A stretch of DNA of 64,000 bases from Candidatus Bathyarchaeota archaeon (GTDB taxonomy: Archaea; Thermoproteota; Bathyarchaeia; Bathyarchaeales; Bathycorpusculaceae), in NCBI GenBank assembly GCA_963775685.1, contig CAVZJV010000011.1, forward strand, positions 1 to 64,000, given 5' to 3'. Position 1 is the stretch's first letter, and each line of letters starts with the position of its first letter. The position numbers and the translations under genes were made by a program. Positions 1 through 8,889 of the stretch are shown in pieces. Below the pieces are notes generated by a model, which was not told the DNA's origin, ran no database searches, and saw nothing but the letters and a program-made list of their open reading frames with translations.

Positions 1-61
1 TTTCTTACCTAAAAACTATATCAGGAAAAAAAGAAAAAAATGGAGGGGGGATGTTTGATTT

Positions 62-844
62 CTATAGTGGTTTTGGCTTTGTTTCCAAGGAGAGGGGCAG
101 GCTTCGAGTATCTTTTATTTGGTGTCTTCTTAGTCGTGGTATGAATCTGGGTACTGCCTGTTTGTATAATCGGAATGCTTCGCCATATTTTGCTAAAGCC
201 TCCCGTTCCTCGATTTTTGCCAGCCGCCAGTACAGAACAACCAAGACAGGCCAGATTGCTGTTGTGATGATTGTTAGCCATTGAACGTTTAAGCCGCCAG
301 TTATCATTAGGAACCCGATGTATTGGGGGTTGCGGGTGTACTTGTAGAGGCCAGAGGTGACAAGCTTTCCGTTTGCCCGAAAGATTTGGTACCAGCCGAA
401 GATGACAAACAGCATGCCTGCGCCGATTATTATTTTTGATGCGGGAAACACCCAGTAGTGGTAGACGATGTAGAATGGTTGTGACCCCATAACTTGGGTT
501 AAGAGAAACTCGATGCTAAAGATTTTGTTGTAGCCAAATAACCCCGCGAAAAAGTACATGGTCAAGGGTATGCCGTACATTTCTGCGAACAATGCGACGA
601 TGAAGGCTATATAGACGCTGTTGGGTAGGCGGTTGAGTTTTTTGCGGAAGGAGGAGAGAAGGAAGAAGACGCTGAAGAGGATGATGTTCATGATGACAAA
701 GGTCCAGTTGCTGTAGCCGTATGAGGTGAAGGTGAAGTAGTACATGAAAATGCCCACGGCGAGGGTGACTATAGCTACTAGCAAGAATAGTTTGATTTTG
801 CCTATTGTTTGTTCGGATATTTGGTTTTTCTGCATCCATGACAC
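62..844 (-). CDS. Isoprenylcysteine carboxyl methyltransferase / PEMT-family membrane methyltransferase
   Basis: Multi-TM ORF with ALFAEMYGIPLT and LVTSGLYKYTRNPQYIG...EERE...YGEAFRLYKQAVPRFIP, the Ste14/PEMT signature. Confidence 0.8.
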   Translation of the reverse strand: MSWMQKNQISEQTIGKIKLFLLVAIVTLAVGIFMYYFTFTSYGYSNWTFVIMNIILFSVFFLLSSFRKKLNRLPNSVYIAFIVALFAEMYGIPLTMYFFAGLFGYNKIFSIEFLLTQVMGSQPFYIVYHYWVFPASKIIIGAGMLFVIFGWYQIFRANGKLVTSGLYKYTRNPQYIGFLMITGGLNVQWLTIITTAIWPVLVVLYWRLAKIEEREALAKYGEAFRLYKQAVPRFIPRLRRHQIKDTRSLPLSLETKPKPL

Positions 845-897
845 CTACCCATAACAAGGCAAGAGGCGGCTCTTAGTTCTACGCATGGAACATAGGC

Positions 898-912
898 GTT
901 CCAAATTGGAAC
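898..912. promoter_or_regulatory. 7-1-7 palindrome GTTCCAA-A-TTGGAAC, possible operator
   Basis: Perfect inverted repeat in the short gap between the beta-propeller gene and the methyltransferase gene; an extra TGGAAC half-site lies at 886-891. Confidence 0.3.
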
Positions 913-917
913 ATGGA

Positions 918-2219
918 TTAACGCTGAAACTTTTGTTTTCTTTTTCTTGTAATTATGAACGTCGCCAGTAAAACAAAAATAACAGCTATGGCAGCAGCAA
1001 AAATCACTATGGGAAATTCATTGGTGTTCTGGGCTAGGTTGGTCAACGCGTAGATGTTGCCGTCTAGGGAGCCAACATAGACCACTCCGTTGACGACTGC
1101 AGGGGACGATTCAACGTAGCCGTTGGTTAGGTAGTTCCAAAGCTTGGCCCCGCTTGTGGCGTTTAGCGCATAGATGTTTGCATCCGCAGAGCCCACATAG
1201 ACCACGCCATCGACGATTGATGGAGCCGAATACACCGTGCCGCCGGTAGTGTAACTCCAGAATTTTGTCCCATCTGAAGCGTTCAACGCGTAGATATTTA
1301 GATCCAACGAACCAATATAGACAACGCCGCCGGCAACAGCAGGGGACGATTTGATAATGTTGCCTGTGGCGTAGCTCCAAACTTGTGTCCCGTCAGCTAT
1401 GTTTAAGCTGTAAATGCTGCCGTTGTCGTAGGCTGTATAAAGAAAGTCACCCACGATTGTTGGCGACGACTCAGTTGGAAAACCATTAGTGAAATTCCAG
1501 AGTTCGGCGCCGCTTGAGGCATCCAACGCATAAGTGAAGTTATCGGTTGAGCCTATGTAGACAACACCTGCAACGACAGCGGGAGACGACCAGACCGGGG
1601 CGAGGGTGCTGAAAACCCAGAGTTTTGAGCCATCACTGGCGTTTAAGGAATAAACGTTGTTGTCGTATGAAGCAACATAGACAACGCCATTTGCGATAGC
1701 GGGAGACGAGTCAACTTCGCCACCCGTGCTAAAACTCCACAGTTTGTCTCCGCTCGTAGCGTTTATAGCGTAAAGTTTACCATCAGCCGAACCCACATAC
1801 ACGACGCCTCCAATGACAGTAGGACAAGAATAAACCTGACCCCCCGTAGAGTAATTCCACAGTTCTGCCCCGTTATCCGCTTTTAACGCATAAATCTTCC
1901 CGTTCAACGAGCCCACGAAAACCACTCCGTCCACCACTGCTGGAGACGAATAGACTTGACCGCCAGTACCATAGTTCCAGAACAATCTGGCATTTAGCAC
2001 TGGGCTTCCTGTTGCTTCTCCGTTGTGAGAGAGGTCTCCCCGAAACATTGGCCAATCTCCAGAAGCCTGAGCAGTCACCCAGGGCACTGAGAAAATAAAT
2101 AACAAAAACAAAATTGCAGCAAGCGTAACCAATAATGAGTCCTTCAAAGTTTCTCTCCCTTGGGTTAAAGTTAGTATTCCTGAAAATTGACTTTTAACAG
2201 TTTGCTTTTGTCGGGGCAA
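918..2219 (-). CDS. Membrane-anchored PQQ-like (BamB-type) beta-propeller repeat protein
   Basis: N-terminal hydrophobic segment, DWPMFRGD motif, about eight 40-aa repeats (SSPAVxxGVVYVGSxDGxxYALNAxxGxxLW), C-terminal TM with basic tail. Confidence 0.9.
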   Translation of the reverse strand: MPRQKQTVKSQFSGILTLTQGRETLKDSLLVTLAAILFLLFIFSVPWVTAQASGDWPMFRGDLSHNGEATGSPVLNARLFWNYGTGGQVYSSPAVVDGVVFVGSLNGKIYALKADNGAELWNYSTGGQVYSCPTVIGGVVYVGSADGKLYAINATSGDKLWSFSTGGEVDSSPAIANGVVYVASYDNNVYSLNASDGSKLWVFSTLAPVWSSPAVVAGVVYIGSTDNFTYALDASSGAELWNFTNGFPTESSPTIVGDFLYTAYDNGSIYSLNIADGTQVWSYATGNIIKSSPAVAGGVVYIGSLDLNIYALNASDGTKFWSYTTGGTVYSAPSIVDGVVYVGSADANIYALNATSGAKLWNYLTNGYVESSPAVVNGVVYVGSLDGNIYALTNLAQNTNEFPIVIFAAAIAVIFVLLATFIITRKRKQKFQR

Positions 2220-2245
2220 CTCTTCTAAAGCGGAAGTATTCGCTT

Positions 2246-2686
2246 TTAAGTTGCCTTCTTAGTTTTCATCCTGTATCGGACTGCTTCAACAAAAAAAAGC
2301 AACGCTGCAACAGTGGTTGTTAGAATCCAGAACCAGAATGACTCTTGAATTGGGGCTCCTCTAACTAAATGGGGAATCAAGACAGCTAACTCGCCGATTA
2401 GGATCCCTACAAAAATGAAGCCCAAGATGACAAAGCTGGGCAAAAGAGTTTTCCCAACCCAAACATAGCCCTTTTTGGCTACTTTTTCTTTAACCACATA
2501 ATTGTTGTACTCGTCTTTAACCACTAAACCTAAGTCCATCAGTTTCTGAAGGTTCCTGTAAGCAACACTTGGACTGCTTAGATTGGCTCCACGCATAACA
2601 TCTCTTGGCCCCACAGGCTTTCCAACCTTGACAAGATAGAGGTAGGTCTGGAAAGTTGATTCGTTAAGTTCTTCGCTTGGCTCCAA
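2246..2686 (-). CDS. Winged-HTH protein with two C-terminal TM helices (membrane-tethered regulator)
   Basis: VGPRDVMRGANLSSPSVAYRNLQKLMDLGLV wHTH followed by two hydrophobic stretches; TTG start after GAGGGG. Confidence 0.75.
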   Translation of the reverse strand: MEPSEELNESTFQTYLYLVKVGKPVGPRDVMRGANLSSPSVAYRNLQKLMDLGLVVKDEYNNYVVKEKVAKKGYVWVGKTLLPSFVILGFIFVGILIGELAVLIPHLVRGAPIQESFWFWILTTTVAALLFFVEAVRYRMKTKKAT

Positions 2687-3208
2687 GAGTACCCCTCAAT
2701 CAACTATTGTGCGCTGCCTTAAAAACCCAAGCAAAAAAACCCGGCTTTTAAATTTACAGGTTTTCCGATCTAAGGGATAACCGCGCCATTCAACCTTATA
2801 ACGAGCAATGGAAAATCACAAGCCATGACAAAGGCTCGAGGTTGGTGGTAAACGAAAGGTAGACAGGTTTCTTGACGTGCGACAAGAGTGCGTGTACTTG
2901 ATTGGAAAAATTGTTCGCCGATAAGAGTTAGCTGCTCTTCGTTACTTTAGTATTGAATAGATAGCGTATAGAGAGGAAAAAGGGTAGAATTGCTATCCAA
3001 GGAGAACTCAGAAACTCAGCATAAAAGCGAGGTTTGATGAAGGGAATGCTCCATCGAAACAAAAAACCCTTTAAAAAAGGTGAAAACAAAGATAACTATC
3101 AAACCGGGCAGTTTAACGCTAACGGAAACATTTAAGTCAACGTTCCAACATTAATGAAACGTAAAATAAGGAATTTTTCCGTATTTTCAAATCATATGGA
3201 GTAATTTA

Positions 3209-3415
3209 ATGTCTCAAAGAAATGTAACAGAAATCAAATGCAGCGACTGCGGCAAACCCGCCACTGTCCCTTTTAAACCAACAGCGGGCAAACCCGTTTA
3301 TTGTAGAGAATGTTTAGCTAAACATAGGTCTCCCGGGAGCGCCGAACACAAAGTGTCAACTTCTGATGCTAACCAAAAACAAGCATGGTCCAGAAGAAGA
3401 ACTGACTGGAAATAG
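3209..3415 (+). CDS. CxxC-x17-CxxC zinc-finger protein
   Basis: CSDCG...VPFKPTAGKPVYCREC; GGAG upstream. Confidence 0.85.
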   Translation: MSQRNVTEIKCSDCGKPATVPFKPTAGKPVYCRECLAKHRSPGSAEHKVSTSDANQKQAWSRRRTDWK

Positions 3416-3451
3416 CTAAAACCAGCTTTCAATTTTTAAAAATATTTTTTT

Positions 3452-4102
3452 CTATCTAACGGACGCAGTTGCCAACTGTTGCTTAACGGTGCCAGCGGGA
3501 ACGACGTTAAGCACCCCATTTTTCCCTAGCCGTAACTGCCTTTCGCCCCTAAAAACACATACCTGAGCATTCTTTAACTCAATATTGTTTCCGACTGCTA
3601 TTGAGCCTATTTGCCCTTCCCAAAGGCAGAGTTTAGTTTTTCCTGTGTCATCCCCAACTAAAGCATTGACGACCATGACAGTGTTGCCGAACTGGGTATG
3701 AACCTGCGCAGGTTTAGGAATCTCTAAAACCTCAGCTTTTAAGTTAACCCTTTTCATGCCTGCTCGCAAATCATGAATTGAGGTGTAGATTGACTCAGTG
3801 TTTTGTTTAGCGATTTTCTTGCGAATCTTATCTGTGCTCATCCAGCTCTCGAAGGGGTTATCTTTTCTTAGAAGAAATTCTTCGGCGACACGGAACTGAG
3901 CAACAACGGCGCTGTCTTTTGTTATGAGAAAAATTGTTTCGCCCTTAACCTTGCCTCGGTATTCTACCGTTAGGTTGCCGCATACAGCTTTCTCGTTGTT
4001 TTTTGCTGTGATTAATGCTTGAAAGACTTCATTAGGGTAAATGTTATATTTTACCGAAAGAAGCGCAAGATGTTCACCTAATGTTGATTTTTTCTGTCTC
4101 AA
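3452..4102 (-). CDS. OB-fold single-stranded nucleic-acid-binding protein (RPA/SSB-like) with an uncharacterised N-terminal domain
   Basis: C-terminal IHDLRAGMKRVNLKAEV...VGDDTGKTKLCLW...IELKNA...FRGERQLRLG OB fold; start moved to TTG 4102 after GAGGGG (track starts at 4192). Confidence 0.75.
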   Translation of the reverse strand: MRQKKSTLGEHLALLSVKYNIYPNEVFQALITAKNNEKAVCGNLTVEYRGKVKGETIFLITKDSAVVAQFRVAEEFLLRKDNPFESWMSTDKIRKKIAKQNTESIYTSIHDLRAGMKRVNLKAEVLEIPKPAQVHTQFGNTVMVVNALVGDDTGKTKLCLWEGQIGSIAVGNNIELKNAQVCVFRGERQLRLGKNGVLNVVPAGTVKQQLATASVR

Positions 4103-4453
4103 ATTACCCCTCTCAAAGTATTGGCAATTGAAGAGAAAAAGCAACTGCTGGATTGCCATTTTATACTTTTTCTCAATTACCCGAATATTCAATTAATAAT
4201 ACTATGTTACCTATATTAGGTTGACGATGAAAAATAGTTATTTCCTTAATTTGTATGCTTAAACCATTTTTCTTCCATCAATCCTAAAATAAAATTCAAA
4301 GAAATTCAGTCTATAGTTAAATGCGTATGAGGTTTTTATTAATTAATCAAGACCGTGAAAGCACTCAATTTATAAGCATCGGTGATTAGTTAGATTGTAC
4401 TGTGTGAAAGAGACACTTTTGCACAGCCAAAGTAGTAGGAGTTGAAATAGCGA

Positions 4454-4594
4454 ATGTATAATAACAAAGAGATGCACAAGGCAACTTGCGCTGACTGCGG
4501 AAAAGAATGTGAAGTTCCTTTCAAGCCGGACGGTACAAGGCCAGTTTACTGCCGAGAGTGCTACTCAAAACGTAGACCACCAAGAAGATACTAA
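4454..4594 (+). CDS. CxxC-x17-CxxC zinc-finger protein, 46 aa (not in ORF track)
   Basis: Manual translation MYNNKEMHKATCADCGKECEVPFKPDGTRPVYCRECYSKRRPPRRY*; GGAGTTGA upstream; T-rich tract downstream. Confidence 0.9.
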   Translation: MYNNKEMHKATCADCGKECEVPFKPDGTRPVYCRECYSKRRPPRRY

Positions 4595-4752
4595 GCGCAT
4601 AGCTGAGCATCTTTTACAATCTTTAACTATTTTCTTTTTTATTTTTAATTATCTTCTGAACCCTTTAGGCTCCTAACCTCTGACAATTTAATTAAAAAAG
4701 ATAATTTTAAACGTTAAAAAATTTTAGGAACGAGCAAAAATGCTCGGTTGAT

Positions 4753-4896
4753 TTAGGATTTTTGTTCTGATCCTGTTCTCTTCTTGTTGTCGCTGTATGA
4801 TTTCTTACCCGACTTCTTTCTGAGAACGCAATTTAGCCTGACAGATGACTTGCATCTACGACAATTTTTAACTAAACCTGCTCTTAACATACACAA
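4753..4896 (-). CDS. Putative small basic Cys-containing protein, 45-47 aa (not in track)
   Basis: Manual translation (MC)MLRAGLVKNCRRCKSSVRLNCVLRKKSGKKSYSDNKKRTGSEQKS*; GAGGT upstream; TTG 4896 or ATG 4890 start. Confidence 0.4.
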   Translation of the reverse strand: MCMLRAGLVKNCRRCKSSVRLNCVLRKKSGKKSYSDNKKRTGSEQKS

Positions 4897-5265
4897 ATCT
4901 ATTTACCTCTTTGTTTACTTTACGAAAAGCATCCGTTATCAGTTAGGTTATCCAAGAGGATAAAAGAAACTCTTCAACCATAAATAAGGCTACATCCCTA
5001 TAAAGGAATGGGTAATAAAGCCTTTTCTGGAAAATAAAATAATTCCATGCCTATTTTGAGTAAATAAGTTAATAAAAAATTCCTAATCCAAAAAGGCTTG
5101 TAACCATGCGAAAAAAGTCCAAAAATGTAAGCTAACCTAATATACACGTGGTATCCTTAATTGAGATAAGGTTAGAATTCTTAAGAGGAAGAGTCAAACC
5201 ACTCTCGCACTTTTTCTCAAAACAATTCTGATTACTAATAGGCGCAAGCCAAATAGGTGTAAAAA

Positions 5266-5574
5266 ATGGGTAAACGAAAAATTACAAACGAGGGCAACCT
5301 TGACAGTATGGTCTTACCTTCCACAAACGACGTGTTAGGTGTAGCTGTTAAAATGCTTGGGGCAGAAAGAATCACTGTTAAATGCCAAGACGGCAAAGAA
5401 CGCATGTGTAGGGTACGCGGCAAACTGAAGAGGCGCGTTTGGATACGAGAAGGAGATGTTGTATTGGTTTCTCCGTGGGATTTCCAATCTGACACGAGAG
5501 GAGACATCTTCTGGCGTTACCGTAAAAACCAATCCGATTGGCTCCGAAGCCATAACTATCTCAAAATGGAGTAG
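5266..5574 (+). CDS. eif1a: Translation initiation factor aIF-1A
   Basis: KMLGAERITVKCQDGKERMCRVRGKLKRRVWIREGDVVLVSPWDFQ...RGDIFWRY is the eIF1A signature. Confidence 0.95.
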   Translation: MGKRKITNEGNLDSMVLPSTNDVLGVAVKMLGAERITVKCQDGKERMCRVRGKLKRRVWIREGDVVLVSPWDFQSDTRGDIFWRYRKNQSDWLRSHNYLKME

Positions 5575-5579
5575 GAGGC

Positions 5580-5756
5580 ATAGTTATTATTTTAAAATGT
5601 ACCGAATGCGGAAATACCTTCAAACGCGATGGTTTAAAAGATGGCGAAATAGTTGCTTGCCCAATATGCGAAGCCGACTACCAAGTAACAGTTAAAGACG
5701 GAAAAACCGAAATAACCGAATATGTATACGAAGGGCCTGATGTGGGCGAACTGTAG
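5580..5756 (+). CDS. LysW/ArgW-like zinc-ribbon small protein with no canonical start codon (not in track)
   Basis: IVIILKCTECGNTFKRDGLKDGEIVACPICEADYQVTVKDGKTEITEYVYEGPDVGEL*; CxxC...GEIVxCPxC pattern with acidic tail; GGAGG at 5574-5578; in-frame stop at 5553. Confidence 0.7.
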   Translation: MVIILKCTECGNTFKRDGLKDGEIVACPICEADYQVTVKDGKTEITEYVYEGPDVGEL

Positions 5757-5807
5757 ATCACAGATTTTTTATAAAAAATTATTACTTTTTTGAAAAAATG
5801 AAAATGT

Positions 5808-6101
5808 TTAACTCACAAGTTCAACAATTGAACCTATAGCTTGACCAGGAACTCCGCGCGTAAACCTTGCTTTAACCATGCCGTTCTTGCCGTGTGGACC
5901 CCTAATTTTTCCAACAAGCTTTGTTTTTCCATTGTTCCACGTAACTTTTTGTCCGACTAGCTTGCTAGCTAAGGATGCTGAGGTAACGTTTTCAAATTCA
6001 ATTAAGCACTCGTTTGAAGTTTGTTCCTTTATTCCTATGCGGTAATTAGTTATTCTTCCATGAATTTTTTGAGCCAAAATACTCACCGTTAAGTCTCCCA
6101 T
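5808..6101 (-). CDS. rpl35ae: 50S ribosomal protein L35Ae
   Basis: GRITNYRIG...LVGQKVTW...GKIRGPHGKNGMVKARFTRGVPGQAIG. Confidence 0.9.
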   Translation of the reverse strand: MGDLTVSILAQKIHGRITNYRIGIKEQTSNECLIEFENVTSASLASKLVGQKVTWNNGKTKLVGKIRGPHGKNGMVKARFTRGVPGQAIGSIVELVS

Positions 6102-6233
6102 TGTAAGGTGCGCTTGCTTTTAAAGCTGTGCCAATCATCCTTAAGAAATCTTGTGTTCCTTAATAAGCGTTAAGCTGATGGTTAAAATTTTTATTCCTCT
6201 TAAAGATTAATGAAACGGGGAAAGGAAGCTTAA

Positions 6234-7013
6234 ATGGAACAGTTTCTCATCACAGCCCAAGCAGGTAAACGGTTGATAGCAAAAACCATCACAAAACACC
6301 CAGCCATTATTAAAGCGTTAAAAAATGGAACTCTCGTAATTGTCGCTGGAACAACCAATGGTTACATTACCGAAGAAATCCTAAAAACCCACAAAATAAA
6401 AGGAAACTTCTCGAGAAAACACTTTTTCCGTGGCATAACCCTGATGTCTCCAGCTAAAAAAGTAACCTCCGAGGGAAGGCTTTCAGATGAAAGCCAGTTC
6501 CCTGGCGATGTCATAATAACTAAAGGTGTTTGGCAAAAAAGCAAAACAATCGCCGATGTTATTGAAACCCTAAAAGAAGGCGATGTTATTTTGAAAGGAG
6601 CAAACGCCTTGGATTTAACTCGAAGGCAAGCCGCCATTTTGATCGGTCAACCAAAAGCTGGAACGATAGGCTTGGCTTTGCCTGCAGTCGTGGGTCGTCG
6701 GGTTAAGCTAATAATTCCGGTAGGTTTAGAGAAACGTGTAAACGGCGATTTAAACACCATAGCACAGAGGCTAAATTCGCCCAGTGCCAGCGGCTACCGT
6801 TTGCTCCCTGTGCCAGGAGAGGTGTTCACTGAATTGGATGCATTGAAGGCTTTAACGGCTGCTGACGTGGAGTTGATCGCTGCTGGCGGCGTTTGCGGCG
6901 CAGAAGGTGCATGTTGGATTGCTGTTACTGGCGAAGAAGAACAAGAAGCGTTTGCAGAGCAAGTCGTTGCTTCGGTGGCTGACGAACCGCCGTTTACAGT
7001 TGATTTGCTTTAA
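6234..7013 (+). CDS. Hypothetical alpha/beta protein, function unknown
   Basis: Clean 259-aa ORF with GKRLIAK, AGTTNGY, LKGANA, IPVGLEK and AAGGVCGAEG motifs. Confidence 0.7.
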   Translation: MEQFLITAQAGKRLIAKTITKHPAIIKALKNGTLVIVAGTTNGYITEEILKTHKIKGNFSRKHFFRGITLMSPAKKVTSEGRLSDESQFPGDVIITKGVWQKSKTIADVIETLKEGDVILKGANALDLTRRQAAILIGQPKAGTIGLALPAVVGRRVKLIIPVGLEKRVNGDLNTIAQRLNSPSASGYRLLPVPGEVFTELDALKALTAADVELIAAGGVCGAEGACWIAVTGEEEQEAFAEQVVASVADEPPFTVDLL

Positions 7014-7017
7014 ATGC

Positions 7018-7215
7018 TCATTCTTGACCGTGGTGCATCATCATGCCGCCCATTCCTTTCCTTCTCTCGCCCATGTTTTTCCTCCAGATGTCCGCACCCT
7101 GAGCAGCTAAATCCATCATCATGTCAATATCTTGCCTAACAAGCTCCATTATGGGCTGGTTTAACTCCATTTCAAAAGTGAACTTCACTTTTCCACTCTT
7201 GTCTGTTGCTTCCAT
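7018..7215 (-). CDS. Small hypothetical protein with Met/His-rich C-terminus
   Basis: Strong GGAGGTG site upstream; ends GMGGMMMHHGQE. Confidence 0.6.
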   Translation of the reverse strand: MEATDKSGKVKFTFEMELNQPIMELVRQDIDMMMDLAAQGADIWRKNMGERRKGMGGMMMHHGQE

Positions 7216-7327
7216 GAATCCACCTCCTAAAAAAATCGCCTAAAGTTGGTTTAATCTACTTACAGGTAATTTGTTGTGTATTTTAAACGTAAGTGACTGT
7301 GCTGATACAACAACATTGAACGTCGGC

Positions 7328-8155
7328 TTAATGGACACTCCAATAATTAGCTAACGCAGCAAGAGCGTTTTCGAAAAGGTAGTCATCGGGCACCACGTCA
7401 ACTTTTATTTCCATTTCTTTTAAAGCTTCAGCAGTGGTGGGACCGATAGCTACTGTCGTCACTTTTTCCTTGATTAATCGGCGAATCTGCTCCATGGATG
7501 CCTTTTCTGAGAGCATTTTGAAAATGTTCTTGGCACTCAACCCGCTTCCAAACACAACTGCGTCAATTCGTCCCCCTATCAAATCCTGATAGAACTTTTC
7601 TTTAAGCTCCTTATCCACAGGCAAACCTGACTCGTAAACATAGATTTCCTCCACGTCGGCCCCCATTTCGCGGAGTTTATCGGTTAAGATTGGGGTGGCG
7701 TTGCAGGTTCTTGGGATGCAGATTTTTTTGCCCATCAACTGATCGCTTTGGAAAGATTCGATTAAGCCTTCAGAACTGTATTTTGTTGGAACCATATCCA
7801 CATGGACATGGGCTTCTATTAACGCCTCTGCGGTTTTTGGACCAACTGCAATAATGAATGTTTTAGCTAAGCCTTCCTTTAGCTGGCTGGTATCCCTTGT
7901 AGCATCCGCAGCTTCGAACAGGTACTTGACACCGTTGGTGCTCATCAAAATAACATAGTCAACCCGCCCCTTGCTGAGCTCATCGATGAATTTTTTTACG
8001 AGCGCAGGATTGTTTAAGCCTTTGATTTCAATAGCTGGGATATAATAGGGAACCCCTCCCATTTCGCGAATTAGTTTTCCTGCTTCTTCCGCCTGACCTG
8101 CGGGACGCGTTAACGCGATGGTTTTGCCGCCTAAGATAGGGGTTTTTTGAACCAT
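7328..8155 (-). CDS. hemD: Uroporphyrinogen-III synthase
   Basis: IALTRPAGQA, AVGPKTAEAL, AIGPTTAEAL; operon context. Confidence 0.9.
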   Translation of the reverse strand: MVQKTPILGGKTIALTRPAGQAEEAGKLIREMGGVPYYIPAIEIKGLNNPALVKKFIDELSKGRVDYVILMSTNGVKYLFEAADATRDTSQLKEGLAKTFIIAVGPKTAEALIEAHVHVDMVPTKYSSEGLIESFQSDQLMGKKICIPRTCNATPILTDKLREMGADVEEIYVYESGLPVDKELKEKFYQDLIGGRIDAVVFGSGLSAKNIFKMLSEKASMEQIRRLIKEKVTTVAIGPTTAEALKEMEIKVDVVPDDYLFENALAALANYWSVH

Positions 8156-8889
8156 GCCAGTTTCCTGCCTAGATTAGCGACTTCACCGATGACTATGACG
8201 GAGGGAGGCTTGATTTGTTTGGCGTGCGCTTCTTTTACAATTGTGCCTAATGTGGCGATTAGGGTTCGCTGTTTAATGTAAGTGCCTGATTCTACCATTG
8301 CAACTGGTTTGTCTACGCTGATTCCACCAGCAAGCAGCTTGCTGACTATGCCGCCCAGTGATTCCACGCCCATAAGGATAACCATAGTGTCGACGGCGTT
8401 TGCGATTTTTATCCAATCGATGGGTTTTTCAGAGTCGCCTGCTCGGTGGCCAGTGATTATGGCAACTGATGCCGCGTAGTCGCGATGAGTCAATGGTATG
8501 CCCGCGTACGCGGGAGCAACAACTGAGGAGCTAACTCCGGGTACAACCTCAAATTCGATGCCTTCCTCGACGAGCGCTTCTGCTTCCTCCCCTCCTCTAC
8601 CGAAGATGAAGGGGTCGCCGCCTTTGAGCCGGACGACTTTGCTGCCTTCTTTGGCTTTCTTGATTATTATTTCGGTAATCTTGTTCTGTGGTACTTCATG
8701 TAGGCCCGTTCGTTTTCCGACAAAAATCCTCTCAGCGTTCGCGGGAGCTAAACAAAGAATTTCTTCGCTGACACCCAGCCGGTCGTATATGATTACGTCT
8801 GCTTCTTTTAGTACCTTAACAGCCTTAATCGTGAGCAGTTGTGGGTCGCCGGGTCCGGCGCCTACAAGGTAGACTTTACCATACGCCAT
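8131..8889 (-). CDS. cobA: Uroporphyrinogen-III C-methyltransferase
   Basis: GKVYLVGAGPGDP, VVRLKGGDPFIFGRGGEE, GIPLTHR; start set at MAYGKV. Confidence 0.93.
   Translation of the reverse strand: MAYGKVYLVGAGPGDPQLLTIKAVKVLKEADVIIYDRLGVSEEILCLAPANAERIFVGKRTGLHEVPQNKITEIIIKKAKEGSKVVRLKGGDPFIFGRGGEEAEALVEEGIEFEVVPGVSSSVVAPAYAGIPLTHRDYAASVAIITGHRAGDSEKPIDWIKIANAVDTMVILMGVESLGGIVSKLLAGGISVDKPVAMVESGTYIKQRTLIATLGTIVKEAHAKQIKPPSVIVIGEVANLGRKLAWFKKPLS

Noticed and set aside
1040-2000. Periodic ~120-nt repeats as a CRISPR array or DNA repeat
   Set aside because: These are degenerate coding repeats of propeller blades; no invariant repeats, spacers or cas genes
2808-2925. Short ORF with an in-frame TGA as selenocysteine readthrough
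   Set aside because: No recognisable protein motif and no SECIS-like evidence
3030-3062. TGATGA hairpin as a C/D-box sRNA or fluoride riboswitch
   Set aside because: No matching CTGA D box and no riboswitch core or transporter context
5266-5574. AUA reassigned to Met as an explanation for ATA starts
   Set aside because: Internal ATA encodes the conserved Ile of aIF-1A RVWIREGD, so AUA is Ile during elongation
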